DNA from: Candidatus Multivoradales bacterium
Lineage (GTDB): Bacteria; Acidobacteriota; Thermoanaerobaculia; Multivoradales; JAHEKO01
DNA length: 64,000 bases
Direction of reading: 5' to 3'
Assembly (NCBI GenBank): GCA_965223155.1
Contig: CBDCVR010000014.1
Span: 1,120,001 to 1,184,000 of the forward strand
Shown here piece after piece: positions 52,533 through 62,950 of the stretch (its first letter is position 1; the number at the start of each line of letters is the position of its first letter). Under the pieces are notes generated by a model. The model did no database searches. It worked only from the letters and a program-made list of their open reading frames with translations, and was not told the DNA's origin. Position numbers and translations under genes: made by a program.

Positions 52533-53711
52533 ATGACCCCAGAGATTCAGCCCGAACGGTTCCCGGAACCGTTGCGACCGATCGCGCGCAAGGTCGCCGG
52601 CGGTGAGCGCCTGTCGGCGGACGACGCCCTCGTCTGCCTGACGACGCCGCACGTTCTCTACCTGGGACGGCTGGCCGGCGCCGTGCGCCGCGCCCAACAC
52701 GGCGACGTCGCCTACTTCAACGTCAACCGCCACATCAATCCCACGAACGTCTGCGTGTATACCTACGACTGCAAGTTCTGCGGCTTCGCGGCGCTGCCGG
52801 GCGAAGGGCACGCCTGGGAGATGAGCCACGAGGACGTCTACGAGCACGCGGCCAAGCAGGGCGGCGACGCGGTCACCGAGTTCCACATCGTGGGCGGTCT
52901 CCATCCCGATCTCTCGCTGGACTGGTATTGCGAGATGCTGCGCGGCCTCAAGCAGCGTTTTCCGTCCGCCCATCTCAAGGCCTTCACCGCCATCGAGATC
53001 GGCTGGTTCGCGCAGCGCGAGGGGCTCTCGATCGCCGAGGTCCTGGAGCGCCTCCGGGACGCCGGTCTGGGCTCGCTTCCGGGAGGGGGCGCCGAGATCT
53101 TCGCCGACGACGTCCGCGCCGAGATCTGCAACGGCAAGCTCGACGCCCAGGAGTGGCTCGACGTCCACCGCATCGCGCACGGCATGGGCATCCGCAGCAA
53201 CTGCACGATGCTCTACGGCCACGTCGAGCGGCCCGAGCACAAGGTGGACCACCTGCTCAGGCTGCGCGACTTGCAGGACGATACGGGCGGCTTCAACTGC
53301 TTCATCCCGCTCGCCTACCATCCCGAGAACAACTACATGGGCCTCCAGTTCCACACCACCGGCACCGAGGACCTTCGCCACCTGGCGACCGCGCGCCTGG
53401 TGCTCGACAACGTGCCCCACATCAAGGCGTACTGGATCATGATCTCGCCCAAGCTCGCCCAGGTGGCGCTGAGCTTCGGCGCCGACGACATCGACGGCAC
53501 GGTTGTCGAGGAGACCATCTACCACATGGCCGGTGCCGAGACCGACCAGCACATTTCCCGTTCCGAGCTCGAGCGCATCATCCGCGAGGCCGGCTACACG
53601 CCGGTCGAGCGCGACACGCTCTACAACCCGGTCGACCCGGCCCAAGCCGCTTCAATCCCGGTCGCGCCGCTCGCTCCGGACTCGCGGTCCATCCCCGCCC
53701 GTTCCGGATAA
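52533..53711 (+). CDS. mqnE: Aminofutalosine synthase MqnE (radical SAM, CofH family)
   Basis: HINPTNVC, FHIVGGLHP, KAFTAIEI, PGGGAEIF, TMLYGH.E, FIPLAYHP.N, HIKAYW, EETIYHMAGA. Confidence 0.88.
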   Translation: MTPEIQPERFPEPLRPIARKVAGGERLSADDALVCLTTPHVLYLGRLAGAVRRAQHGDVAYFNVNRHINPTNVCVYTYDCKFCGFAALPGEGHAWEMSHEDVYEHAAKQGGDAVTEFHIVGGLHPDLSLDWYCEMLRGLKQRFPSAHLKAFTAIEIGWFAQREGLSIAEVLERLRDAGLGSLPGGGAEIFADDVRAEICNGKLDAQEWLDVHRIAHGMGIRSNCTMLYGHVERPEHKVDHLLRLRDLQDDTGGFNCFIPLAYHPENNYMGLQFHTTGTEDLRHLATARLVLDNVPHIKAYWIMISPKLAQVALSFGADDIDGTVVEETIYHMAGAETDQHISRSELERIIREAGYTPVERDTLYNPVDPAQAASIPVAPLAPDSRSIPARSG

Positions 53712-53716
53712 CGCCC

Positions 53717-54364
53717 GTGCCCGTCGACTCGATTCCGGTCAACTACATCGCGGTGGACGGCCCGATCGGGGTCGGCAAGACCACCCTGGTGGAGCTCCTG
53801 GCGCGCCGTTTCGACGGCGTCAAGATTCTGGAAGACGTCGCCAACCCGTTCCTCCCGGCCTTCTACGAGGACCAGCCGGGAGCGGCGTTTCAGACCGAGC
53901 TCTACTTCCTGCTGTCGCGCTTCAAGCAGCAGCAGGACATCGCTCAGCGCGAGCTCTTCAACCGTCTCCTGGTCGCCGACTACACCTTCCCGAAGAACCG
54001 GATCTTCGCCTACCTCAACCTTTCGGACGACGAGCTGATGCTCTTCGACAAGCTCTACACCCTGCTTGAGCCCCAGCTCGCGGTTCCCGATCTGGTCATC
54101 TACCTTGTCGCCGACCTCGATACCTGCATGCAACGGATCGACAAGCGCGCCCGGGATTTCGAGGAAGGCATGTCCGAGGAGTACATGACCGAGCTGATCG
54201 ACGCCTACAACCACTACTACCACTACTACAACCGCTCCCCGCTCCTGGTCGTAGACACGCGCAACCTCAACTTCGCCGAGCGCGATGAAGACTTCGAGGA
54301 CCTGCTGCGGCGCATCGCCAAGCCGATGAAGGGCACCCAGTACTACCAGCCCCTGGGGCGCTAG
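53717..54364 (+). CDS. Deoxynucleoside kinase
   Basis: [34 protein letters not shown]...R.R..E. Confidence 0.88.
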   Translation: MPVDSIPVNYIAVDGPIGVGKTTLVELLARRFDGVKILEDVANPFLPAFYEDQPGAAFQTELYFLLSRFKQQQDIAQRELFNRLLVADYTFPKNRIFAYLNLSDDELMLFDKLYTLLEPQLAVPDLVIYLVADLDTCMQRIDKRARDFEEGMSEEYMTELIDAYNHYYHYYNRSPLLVVDTRNLNFAERDEDFEDLLRRIAKPMKGTQYYQPLGR

Positions 54365-54372
54365 GAGCCTCG

Positions 54373-55224
54373 ATGACGGCAAGCAGCGCACCGCCCGCGA
54401 CGGCCGCCCCGGCGGTGACACCGCTCGAGATCGGCGGCAGGACGTTCCGCTCGCGCCTCATCCTGGGCACCGGCAAGTATCGCGACGCCGAGACCATGCT
54501 GGCCGCCCTCGAAGCCTCGGGCACCGAGATGGTCACCGTCGCCCTGCGCCGGGTACCGCTCTCCAAGTCCGGCACCGGCTTCGAATCCGGCTCGCTGATC
54601 GAGCAGATCCCTCAGGACCGCTACCTACTGCTGCCCAACACCGCCGGCTGCTACACCGCCGAGGACGCCATCCGCACCGCCCGGCTGGCGCGCGAGCTCG
54701 GCGGCTGGGAGTTCGTCAAGCTCGAGGTCATCGGCGACGAGAAAACGCTCTTCCCCGACAATGAGCAGACCCTGGCGGCGGCTCGCGTCCTCGTGGACGA
54801 GGGCTTCAAGGTTCTGCCCTACACCAGCGACGATCCCATCATGTGCCGCAAGCTGGCCGAGGCCGGCTGCGCGGCGGTGATGCCGCTTGCGGCTCCCATC
54901 GGTTCCGGCCTCGGCATTCGCAATCCGGCGAATCTGAGAATCATCGTCGAGCAGGCGCGGAGCCAAGGTGTCCCGGTGATCGTGGATGCCGGCGTGGGGA
55001 CGGCGTCCGATGCCGCCGTCGCCATGGAGCTGGGCGTCGACTGCGTGCTCATGAACACCGGCGTCGCGTCGGCCCAGGACCCGGTGGCCATGGCTCGCGC
55101 CATGCGGCTCGCCACCGAAGCCGGTTGGCTTGCCGCTCATGCCGGCAGGATTCCACGCAAGCTCTACGCCTCGGCCTCTTCTCCGCTCGACGGCTTGATC
55201 GATACCAGCCCGGACGACTCCTAG
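54373..55224 (+). CDS. thiG: Thiazole synthase
   Basis: [42 protein letters not shown]. Confidence 0.95.
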   Translation: MTASSAPPATAAPAVTPLEIGGRTFRSRLILGTGKYRDAETMLAALEASGTEMVTVALRRVPLSKSGTGFESGSLIEQIPQDRYLLLPNTAGCYTAEDAIRTARLARELGGWEFVKLEVIGDEKTLFPDNEQTLAAARVLVDEGFKVLPYTSDDPIMCRKLAEAGCAAVMPLAAPIGSGLGIRNPANLRIIVEQARSQGVPVIVDAGVGTASDAAVAMELGVDCVLMNTGVASAQDPVAMARAMRLATEAGWLAAHAGRIPRKLYASASSPLDGLIDTSPDDS

Positions 55225-55229
55225 CCGGA

Positions 55230-56570
55230 ATGACCGAGCCCGCCGCATCGGAGGCCACCGAGCGGCCCGACTCGAGCGAGAGTCCAACGCCCAAGCCGGA
55301 AGCGAGCCCCGAGCGCACGGCCTCGGTCGGCGTGCGCCTGGCACTGACCCTGACCGCGCTCGCGATCCTGGCGCTTACCGCCCTCTCCCCGCATCCGTAC
55401 GACTTCTGCTCGTACTACTCGGCGGGCCTGATCGCCCAGGAAGAGGATCCGGAAGCGGCCTTCGACCGGGACCGCCTCAATAACCGGCACGCTCAGACTC
55501 ACTCCCATCACCAGGTGGGACCGTTTTTCTATTCGCCCCTCCTTCTCGGCCCGGCGGTTTTTCTGTCGAAGCTGGAGTTCGAGACCGCGCAGCTCGTCAA
55601 CCAGGCCGGCATCCTGCTGGCCCTCGGCGTGATTCTCTGGTGCGTGCTCGAGCCGCGGCGGCCGCTGTGGCTCGCCGCTCTCCTGGCCGGCGCCTTCGCG
55701 CTGTGCGATCCCGTCCGGGTGCAATTCATCTACCAGAACTGGACCGCTTGGCTGGTTCTCTTCGCCGTCCTCGGACTGCGCCAGACCCGGCGCGGGCACC
55801 ACCGGTCGGCGGCCGTTTTCTGGGCGCTGTCCTTCCACGTCAAGCTCTGGGTGGCGCTCTTCTTGGTTCCCCTCTGGATCCTGGGCTATCGCCGCCTGGT
55901 CGCCGCCACCCTCGCGATCGCCCTCGTGCTCTTGATTCTGCCTCTGCCCTGGACCGGCATCGAGGCGCCGCTCGCCTACGCGCGCCTGCTCCAGGCCGAA
56001 GCCGGAGCCGGTACCGAGGTCTTCTTCAATCTCATCTCGGTGCCTTCGTCCCTGGCCAGGCTCGCGCGCCATCCAACCGAGTGGCTGAGCTCGCCGCGCC
56101 CGGTCGAGCACCCGGCTCTTACGCTTCTGAGCCTGGCCGCCCTGGGCGGATACCTCGCGCTCCTCTGGCGGCGACGGCGAGACGGCGTCTTCTGTCTGGC
56201 CGTCACGATTCCGTTTCTCTTGCTCTTCGGACCCAAGATGTGGGACCACGGCGAGCTTCTCTTTCTGGGCCTCTTCGCCCTCGCCGCTCTGCCGCGCCGG
56301 GTCGAGATGCTGGCGGCGGTCTACCTGGCGGCAAGCGTCGTCTACTTTCCTTCGGTCCAGAGACTCATGCGCGAGGTCCTCGTCGGCGAGACCTCGCCGC
56401 TCGAAGTCCACGCGCTCTTGCTGTTCTTTCCGCTCCTCAACCTCCTGGCCGCGGCGGTGCTGGTTCGGGACGCCGGAGTTTCCGCCGGAGCTCCGGCCGG
56501 AGCTCCAGACAACGCCGAGGCCGGGAGCAACCGGGACAGCGGGAACGCGGCTACCGCTGGGAACTCCTAG
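55230..56570 (+). CDS. GT87/DUF2029-like polytopic membrane glycosyltransferase
   Basis: DF..YY.AG, PFFYSP, HVKLW, WDH motifs; many TM segments. Confidence 0.65.
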   Translation: MTEPAASEATERPDSSESPTPKPEASPERTASVGVRLALTLTALAILALTALSPHPYDFCSYYSAGLIAQEEDPEAAFDRDRLNNRHAQTHSHHQVGPFFYSPLLLGPAVFLSKLEFETAQLVNQAGILLALGVILWCVLEPRRPLWLAALLAGAFALCDPVRVQFIYQNWTAWLVLFAVLGLRQTRRGHHRSAAVFWALSFHVKLWVALFLVPLWILGYRRLVAATLAIALVLLILPLPWTGIEAPLAYARLLQAEAGAGTEVFFNLISVPSSLARLARHPTEWLSSPRPVEHPALTLLSLAALGGYLALLWRRRRDGVFCLAVTIPFLLLFGPKMWDHGELLFLGLFALAALPRRVEMLAAVYLAASVVYFPSVQRLMREVLVGETSPLEVHALLLFFPLLNLLAAAVLVRDAGVSAGAPAGAPDNAEAGSNRDSGNAATAGNS

Positions 56571-58159
56571 TTCAGGTACCCCAGAGCCCGAAGCTGTTCG
56601 AGCAGCTCTTCGTCCTCCGAAGACTCGAGCCCCACTTCGGAGGACCGATCCCGCGCGCTCCCCTCCGAGAAACGAAGCGGGACGTCGGCCTGAAAGTCTT
56701 CGGTGAAGATCCCCGTCAAAGCCTCTCCCTGGACGATCTTCGGCACCTCTAGTCCGAGGCTGTACAGGAGCGTCGGGGCGAAGTCCGACACGTGGGGCCG
56801 CGACCCAAGCCGGCTCCTCTCGATTCCGGGTCCGGCCGCGAGAAAGATACCCGGCGTCGATTCATCGTGTGTCCCGGACCTTCGAAACAGTGAGTGGACG
56901 GCGCCTGCGAGAACCTCCTCGCCGAAATAGAGCTCCCTCGAGGCGCGTCTGGACCGCACCTCGACCACGAAATCGGCTCCTAGCTCGAGCTCATCGGCAC
57001 GGGCGTCACGGATCGCAAAGACAGGCCAGTCCGAGCGGTAGCGAACTCGTTCCAGGAGGCGTTCCGTCTGGTCTCGAACCTGGGCGACCGACCGCCCTGC
57101 GCCGGCACTCAGGTAGGCCGGCGGAACCTGGACGAGCTTGCGCTCGGCCAGCACTCGGCTGGCGTGGGTGACCAGCCGGCTCCTGGCCGGATCCGGCTGG
57201 CCGGCATCACCGCGCTCCTGCAAGCCGACCGCTTCGAGCACCCTGTCGAGATCGATGCGCGCCTGGACCCGCTCCGGGCGCAGGGTGCGAAAGCCGTGGT
57301 CCGAGACCACGAAGACGGCTACATCTTCGGGCAGCGCCGTGACGATTGCGCCCACGGCCCGATCCACCGCCTCGTAGCCCTTCGCCACGACGTCTCGGAA
57401 GCGCTCCACGTCCTCTTGCCTGAGATGGGGGAACTGCTCGGAGCGAAAGTACTTCCAGAAGCGGTGGCTCACGAGATCGACGCTACGTAGATAGGCCAGG
57501 ACGAGATCGAAATCTTGACCCGCGAGATCGACCGCCACCTCAGCGATCAGATGATCCTGGCGCGGCAACTCCTGCCATCCGTCCGCCGCGGGCGCGGGGA
57601 GCGCGAGGAAACCGTAGGCGTCCTTCTCGAACCTTGCGGCGCTGCTCGGCCCGGCCGTCAGCTTCCCTGCCAGCTGCGCGGGAAATGTCCTCCGGTCCAG
57701 ATCCGTCAAGATCCGATCGGAGACCAAGATCCCGTTGACCGGCTCGGCCGGCCAGGTCACCCACCAGCCCAGGACCGCCACCCGACGGCCGGCCCGGGAT
57801 GCAATATCCCAGACGGCATCGACCCGGCGCAGGTTGGAGGTCACCGGCACCTCCCCATCCGGACGGCGCACGGTGAAGAACTCAATTCCGTGTGTTTCCG
57901 AATCGACGCCGGTGGCGAGCGTGGTCCAAATCACCGACGACCACCTGGAATTCGTCTCCATCGGCATGAACACGCCTCGCTCCGCGATGCGCTTGAGATT
58001 CGGGAGACGGCCTAGCGCCCAAAGCTCCTGCACCACGCCGGGATCGACGCCGTCCAGTCCGATGACGACGGCGCGCGGAGGCGGCGCCTTCTCGCACGCC
58101 GCGCACAGAACGACACCGAGTACCCCTAGAAGAAAACCGACTCTCGGAGCTCGAAACAT
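56567..58159 (-). CDS. Alkaline phosphatase-superfamily (phosphodiesterase/NPP-like) lipoprotein
   Basis: Lipobox-like CAAC, VIGLDG, WTTLATG, D..SH.FW, VSDHGF, G.H...G.F...GP, C-terminal EQLRALGYL. Confidence 0.85.
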   Translation of the reverse strand: MFRAPRVGFLLGVLGVVLCAACEKAPPPRAVVIGLDGVDPGVVQELWALGRLPNLKRIAERGVFMPMETNSRWSSVIWTTLATGVDSETHGIEFFTVRRPDGEVPVTSNLRRVDAVWDIASRAGRRVAVLGWWVTWPAEPVNGILVSDRILTDLDRRTFPAQLAGKLTAGPSSAARFEKDAYGFLALPAPAADGWQELPRQDHLIAEVAVDLAGQDFDLVLAYLRSVDLVSHRFWKYFRSEQFPHLRQEDVERFRDVVAKGYEAVDRAVGAIVTALPEDVAVFVVSDHGFRTLRPERVQARIDLDRVLEAVGLQERGDAGQPDPARSRLVTHASRVLAERKLVQVPPAYLSAGAGRSVAQVRDQTERLLERVRYRSDWPVFAIRDARADELELGADFVVEVRSRRASRELYFGEEVLAGAVHSLFRRSGTHDESTPGIFLAAGPGIERSRLGSRPHVSDFAPTLLYSLGLEVPKIVQGEALTGIFTEDFQADVPLRFSEGSARDRSSEVGLESSEDEELLEQLRALGYLN

Positions 58160-58433
58160 GAAACGAACCTGGTGTCGCGCTACGGCCGCGCCCGGGCGGC
58201 CTTCACGAACCTACCAACCGCCGCGAGCCTAGCAGGCCTTCTGGTCGATCCGAATCGGGCTGACCGGCCGGGCCAGCTGGATCAAGTGGACGCCGCCAGG
58301 CTTGAGCCACGATTCGCCCCTCCGCTTGGCCTCCCCGGCTTGGCCCGTCTGGGCCGGCCCGTTCAGGGCGCCACTTTCCACGAAGACCCGCCGCCGAGCC
58401 CGGGTCGCGACTCTCGTCGATCCCCACCCGAGC

Positions 58434-58463
58434 TTGCCTCGCCGCCAGGCTCTGACCTACAAT
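58434..58463 (+). promoter_or_regulatory. Sigma70-type promoter of tRNA-Arg
   Basis: TTGCCT-N18-TACAAT. Confidence 0.6.
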
Positions 58464-58509
58464 CTCGGTCCCGCGCCGAGGGTCCCGAACCCGCCGCGCG
58501 CCCCTCGGG

Positions 58510-58586
58510 GCACCGATAGCTCAATTGGATAGAGCACCTGACTACGGATCAGGAGGTTGGGGGTTCGAATCCTCCTCGGTGCACCA
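58510..58586 (+). tRNA. tRNA-Arg(ACG)
   Basis: Acceptor GCACCGA/TCGGTGC, D-arm GCTC/GAGC, anticodon arm CCTGA-CTACGGA-TCAGG, T-loop TTCGAAT, encoded CCA; 77 nt. Confidence 0.97.
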
Positions 58587-58778
58587 TGACTTCCCGAGGG
58601 CATCTGCTCTCGAGGACTTGTGCGGTACCGACCGGCACTACGCTCGAGATGATTCCCCGGAGGGTGTGACTCTTCTTGCGTGGGGAGAGGAGGGGGGATG
58701 GATATCCCATTCCCGGATTCTCTGGGAATCCATGCCTTTGGCGCCGAAAACACCGAGTTCCCGGTCGGGAGAAATTCG

Positions 58779-59520
58779 TCACGGCTGCTCCGGGTCAACC
58801 TCGATGTCCGTTGGGGTCTCGCCATCACCTGGCAACCCAGATCGGTCCTCGATCCGATCACGCGGGCCTGGGAGCGGAGGCACGCTGACGAGCTTCGCAA
58901 CAAGAGTCAGCTCCCAAATGCGGCCCTCCGTTGCACCCTCAAGCCGAAAACGAAGCCAATACTTCGGGACCCCACGCGATTTCGTCTCGACGGTCATCTG
59001 TCTTGGGTGGCCTGCTTCTCCACTGGTAAAGAACTCCCCCACCCGCTTCTTGTCAGGTCCGAGAATCTCGGCCTCGTACCTGACGTTGGAAGAACCGACG
59101 CCATACTCGTCAGCACGGTACGTACAAAGAGCCACGAACTGGTAGTGTGCCGGTCCCACAGTCAACTCGATGATCTGCTTTCCTGTCTTCTCGAATACGT
59201 GGTGCTCGGGCCCAGTGACACGCGCCCTACGTCCCTCGAGGTCAGGGTCTGGCACAGCCCATTTGCTGAACCAGGTCTTGATCGCATGGACGTTGCCTGG
59301 AGGCGGCGCCTGGTCAGACTTCCCACACTGTCTTGGCTCACCGGGAACCGACGTTCCGTTCTCGTACCACGGGAACGAGGAGTCTTCTGCCACCCCTACG
59401 AGAAATTCTTCGAAAAGTGTTTCGTCGGGTCCGTACTCCGGCTGTTCGGGCGCCGAGATGTCCACCGAGACTTGGGGGCGCCCGCTGTGAGTGGTTGACA
59501 CCCGCCGGAGCTCCATCACC
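58779..59520 (-). CDS. Hypothetical protein, possibly a 5'-truncated foreign gene remnant (start uncertain)
   Basis: Long open frame with protein-like composition in a lower-GC patch; no clear RBS or start; the upstream frame runs into the divergent gene. Confidence 0.35.
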
Positions 59521-59555
59521 CAGGCGCTAGAGTACGCAGAAAGGGGGTAGCCGCC

Positions 59556-60068
59556 GTGATTCGCTCGTTCTTGCGTCGCAGGCTGGATTCCGAAGAAGAG
59601 AAACTCGGCGAGTCGATGGACTACCTGCGGCACGTCGTGGACGTGTCACCGGGTGCCTTTGCGCGTTTCGCAGCGATCATGCCGTTCGCGAATAGCAGAA
59701 AGGTCCTTCCGGTCGATGCCTGGTTCGTCGCCCAGGTGGTGGCTGCCAAGCGAGAGGACTGTGGCCCCTGTCTTCAAATCACCGTCAATCTCGCCAGACA
59801 GGCAGGGGTGAGCCCGGATGTCTTGCGGGCGGCACTCGACGGTCGCCTGGACGAGCTGCCGGAGGACCTTTCCGAGGTCGCTCGATTCGCCGCAGCCATC
59901 GCGAAGGCGACGGATGACGAGGGGCTGCGCTCGTCGTTGACGGACCGGTACGGAGAGCGCGGCGTGATCGAGCTTGCCTTCGCCATCGCGAGCGCCCGCA
60001 TCCCCCCGACGGTGAAGCGCGCCCTGGGCTTCGCCCGCAGTTGCCGAGACGTCGCGATCGACGTGTAG
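59556..60068 (+). CDS. Carboxymuconolactone decarboxylase/AhpD-like protein
   Basis: EDCGPC motif, A...GV..D.L.A, YGE.G.IELA.AIA. Confidence 0.75.
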   Translation: MIRSFLRRRLDSEEEKLGESMDYLRHVVDVSPGAFARFAAIMPFANSRKVLPVDAWFVAQVVAAKREDCGPCLQITVNLARQAGVSPDVLRAALDGRLDELPEDLSEVARFAAAIAKATDDEGLRSSLTDRYGERGVIELAFAIASARIPPTVKRALGFARSCRDVAIDV

Positions 60069-60221
60069 AAGTCTCGAGAAGAACCAGGCGGTTCCACCTG
60101 TTTCTGCGGAGTCCGTCGCGGATCGGAGCTACCGGCGTTTGGTGCCCCCAGGCTCTTGGCGGCGCTCGGCGCCGCCGGGTTCGCCGGACTGGACCTCGAG
60201 ATCAGGTCAAGCGCCGTTGCA

Positions 60222-60713
60222 TTACTGCCGGCGAACCGTTACCGACAATTTCGAATACGGGCTCTCGGCAATGGTCACGACCTTGCCGAGCTCGACGTAG
60301 ACACTTCCGGTGTAGCTGCCCAGCCGGGTATGCGCATTCTCGTCGTCTGGGACGTGGTGCTGGAGCTCGACCACGAAGTCCAGCAGCTCGCGGCCGTCGT
60401 CCTGTTGCCACAAGCGTCCGCGGAAGTTCAGTCGAACGTCGGGCGGTTCCATCGCGAAGTGCCGCGCCGCCGTCAGCATCGAGAACTCCCGGGTCGAGCC
60501 GTTAAGCTCGAGGGCAAGTGTTATCCGATAGGAGTCCGGTAGTGCCAAGTGTTTCGATGGAGAGGGAACGGATTCGACCGACGGCATCGTGGGCCCGGCG
60601 ATCAAACCGAGAAGGACACCGACGGCGACCAGCAAGGCGACCTTGGGACGCCGTCGCGAGGAAGCGCGGACCGTTTGCATGGGAATCGTTCGGAGCGAGA
60701 TCTTTGCGGTCAT
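60222..60713 (-). CDS. Hypothetical exported or membrane-anchored protein
   Basis: RBS GGGAGG; basic patch plus hydrophobic VALLVAVGVLLGLIAG, then a beta-rich domain. Confidence 0.5.
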   Translation of the reverse strand: MTAKISLRTIPMQTVRASSRRRPKVALLVAVGVLLGLIAGPTMPSVESVPSPSKHLALPDSYRITLALELNGSTREFSMLTAARHFAMEPPDVRLNFRGRLWQQDDGRELLDFVVELQHHVPDDENAHTRLGSYTGSVYVELGKVVTIAESPYSKLSVTVRRQ

Positions 60714-61211
60714 GGGAGCCTCCCTTGAATTGTCTGTCGCGCACTCTCTACGAGGTACGAGCGGGCGGCTCGAAGCGTCTAGCGGAGCCTGCCTCGGCCG
60801 ATACGGGGAGTCCTTCGCCAAGAGCCAAACGGCCGAGCAAGGAGAGCTCCGACCCAGCTTGCTGGGGTTGGTCCGGGAGTCCTCTGCACCCTCCTCGGCG
60901 AAGCAGTGCCCATGTCCGAGGACGGCAGATGCGCTGCCAGGAATGTGAGCGGGCACTGCTGCTCGAGTGGCAAGACGAGGTTATCCGACCACCGAGTTAC
61001 GTCTTGGCCCAATGCGAGACTCGATCCTTTGCCCTCGGGGCCCAGCGCGTACGCAGCGCGAATTCTCCTCGGCTGGAAGCCTTCCACCTCGAGATCTGGC
61101 GTAGAGCGAAGCAACTGGTTGAGAGCAGGCAGAGGTAGACTGATTCGTCGGTCGAAACCTAGGCGATCGCTCAGAGACGGAATTGGACGCTACAGATCGA
61201 GACGTTCCCAG

Positions 61212-61688
61212 ATGATCATCCGATTCAACGAACAACTTCCACGGTCGGTCTCGGAGGTCCATTCCTACTTCGAAACCCCGGCTGATTGGACGCGACTTTA
61301 TGGGCTGGCTGGAGAAGTACGGGACTATGGAGATGGCTGGTTCTGCATCCCGCTGCAGGGCTTCCCGTTCGGCCTGCAAGCAAGAAACGTCGTCAACGAG
61401 CCTGACCGAGTCCGGTGGATCCTCCGAGGCTTCTGGCGAGGCGAAGGCGAGATTCGTCTTACCGCAACTGCGGAGGGAATCCGAGTCGAGGGTTACGAGA
61501 AGATCAGCATGCGATGGGCGCGCGGCCTCTCGCGGCTACTCGAGAAGGCGTTCCTCGAGCGGCAGTTCCGAAGGATCTGGCAGATGGGCTGGGACCGGCT
61601 GCGCCGAGACCCCTCGTCCCGCACTCCCGCAAGGAAGGCTCCACCGACCTCGCAAGCGGTTTCGCGGACACGGATTTCCAGGAGCTAG
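61212..61688 (+). CDS. Hypothetical protein, possible SRPBCC/START-like fold
   Basis: Patterns V.SYF..P.DW..L and RVRW...G...GEGE; size fits the fold. Confidence 0.55.
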   Translation: MIIRFNEQLPRSVSEVHSYFETPADWTRLYGLAGEVRDYGDGWFCIPLQGFPFGLQARNVVNEPDRVRWILRGFWRGEGEIRLTATAEGIRVEGYEKISMRWARGLSRLLEKAFLERQFRRIWQMGWDRLRRDPSSRTPARKAPPTSQAVSRTRISRS

Positions 61689-61891
61689 CAGCTCGAAGCC
61701 GGCGGCCGCGCCTGGGCGGAAAAGAGGCAGGAGCTCGATTCTCAGACGACCGGCATCAGGAATCAGGGTCTCTCGGATAGACTGGCGCTGTCGCGGACCT
61801 GCATCGTCTGTCTCTTGCTTCCAGCGGGTTCTCCCGCTCCGGAGAAGATCCCGAGATTCGCCGCACGACTCCCGGAGAAGCGGCCACCGCG

Positions 61892-62863
61892 ATGAGCGCA
61901 CCCGAGATCGAGTTTTCAGTCATCATCCCCTCGCTCGACGGCGCGAACACGCTGCCGGCGGTGTTGGACGGCCTCGCCGCGCAGGAAGACGCTCCGCCGT
62001 TTGAGGTCGTCCTGGTCGATGACGGCTCGACAGACGAAACCCGTGAGGTCTTCGAGTCCGGTCCCTGGCGGTTTCCCCGGCAGGTCCTGAGCCAGAAGAA
62101 CCTTGGACCGGCCGCCGCTCGGAACGCGGGCATCCGGGCTGCCGAGGGAACGATGGTGGCGTTTCTCGGTGACGACACGATTCCGGCGCCCGATTGGCTG
62201 AAGCGGCACGCCGACCGTCACCGGGACCGAACGGACGGACGAGCCTTGGCGGTTGTTGGGCTCATCAAGCTCCATCCGCGAATTCGCAACACGCGGTTTC
62301 TCCGGTGGATCTATAACGCCGGTCCGCAGTTCGGATACGCCCTCATCGATCGGCCGGATGACGTGGACTTCTGGTTCTTCTACGGCTCGAACCTGAGCCT
62401 GGCTCGCGACGAGCTCTTGGCTGAGCCCTTCGACGCGGCCTTTCCGTACGCCGCCTGGGAGGACATCGAGCTCGGGTACCGCCTCACCCGAAGCGGCCTG
62501 AAGATCGTCTACGACCGGGACGCGATCGTTCTGCACGACCACCCCACCGACCTACGCCAGTTCTCACACCGGCAGGAGCGGGTCGGGTACAGCGCCGTTC
62601 TGTTCCAGCGTCGCCATCCGATCTTGGGAGAGAGCTTGCGAGTCGAGCCCCGGCAGCCGGTTCCGGACCTTCCCGCATACCGTCGTTGGCTGCGCTTCGT
62701 GGCCGGGTACCTTGCGGCGGGCCTGTCCCTTCCCAGGACCGACCTCTGGGAGGAGATTCTGGAGCGCCACTACCAACGGGGAGTCGTGCGAGGCCTGGGC
62801 GACGTCTCGGCCGAACCCAGGCCTGATCCAGCCAGACAACCGGCCCCGCACTCGGACGCCTGA
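61892..62863 (+). CDS. GT2 family glycosyltransferase
   Basis: SVIIP, VDDGSTD, GPAAARNAG, FLGDD, WEDIELGYRL. Confidence 0.9.
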   Translation: MSAPEIEFSVIIPSLDGANTLPAVLDGLAAQEDAPPFEVVLVDDGSTDETREVFESGPWRFPRQVLSQKNLGPAAARNAGIRAAEGTMVAFLGDDTIPAPDWLKRHADRHRDRTDGRALAVVGLIKLHPRIRNTRFLRWIYNAGPQFGYALIDRPDDVDFWFFYGSNLSLARDELLAEPFDAAFPYAAWEDIELGYRLTRSGLKIVYDRDAIVLHDHPTDLRQFSHRQERVGYSAVLFQRRHPILGESLRVEPRQPVPDLPAYRRWLRFVAGYLAAGLSLPRTDLWEEILERHYQRGVVRGLGDVSAEPRPDPARQPAPHSDA

Positions 62864-62950
62864 GGCAACGGCACCGAGACTCGCCGCGTGGCGCAGTACG
62901 GACTCGGACTTTCGGCGCCAGGGTCAGGCTAGACTCCGGCCGAGGTCTTG

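Noticed and set aside
58160-58433. Structured ncRNA in the intergenic region upstream of the tRNA
   Set aside because: Only short GC palindromes expected by chance, with no promoter-terminator pair or recognisable motif.
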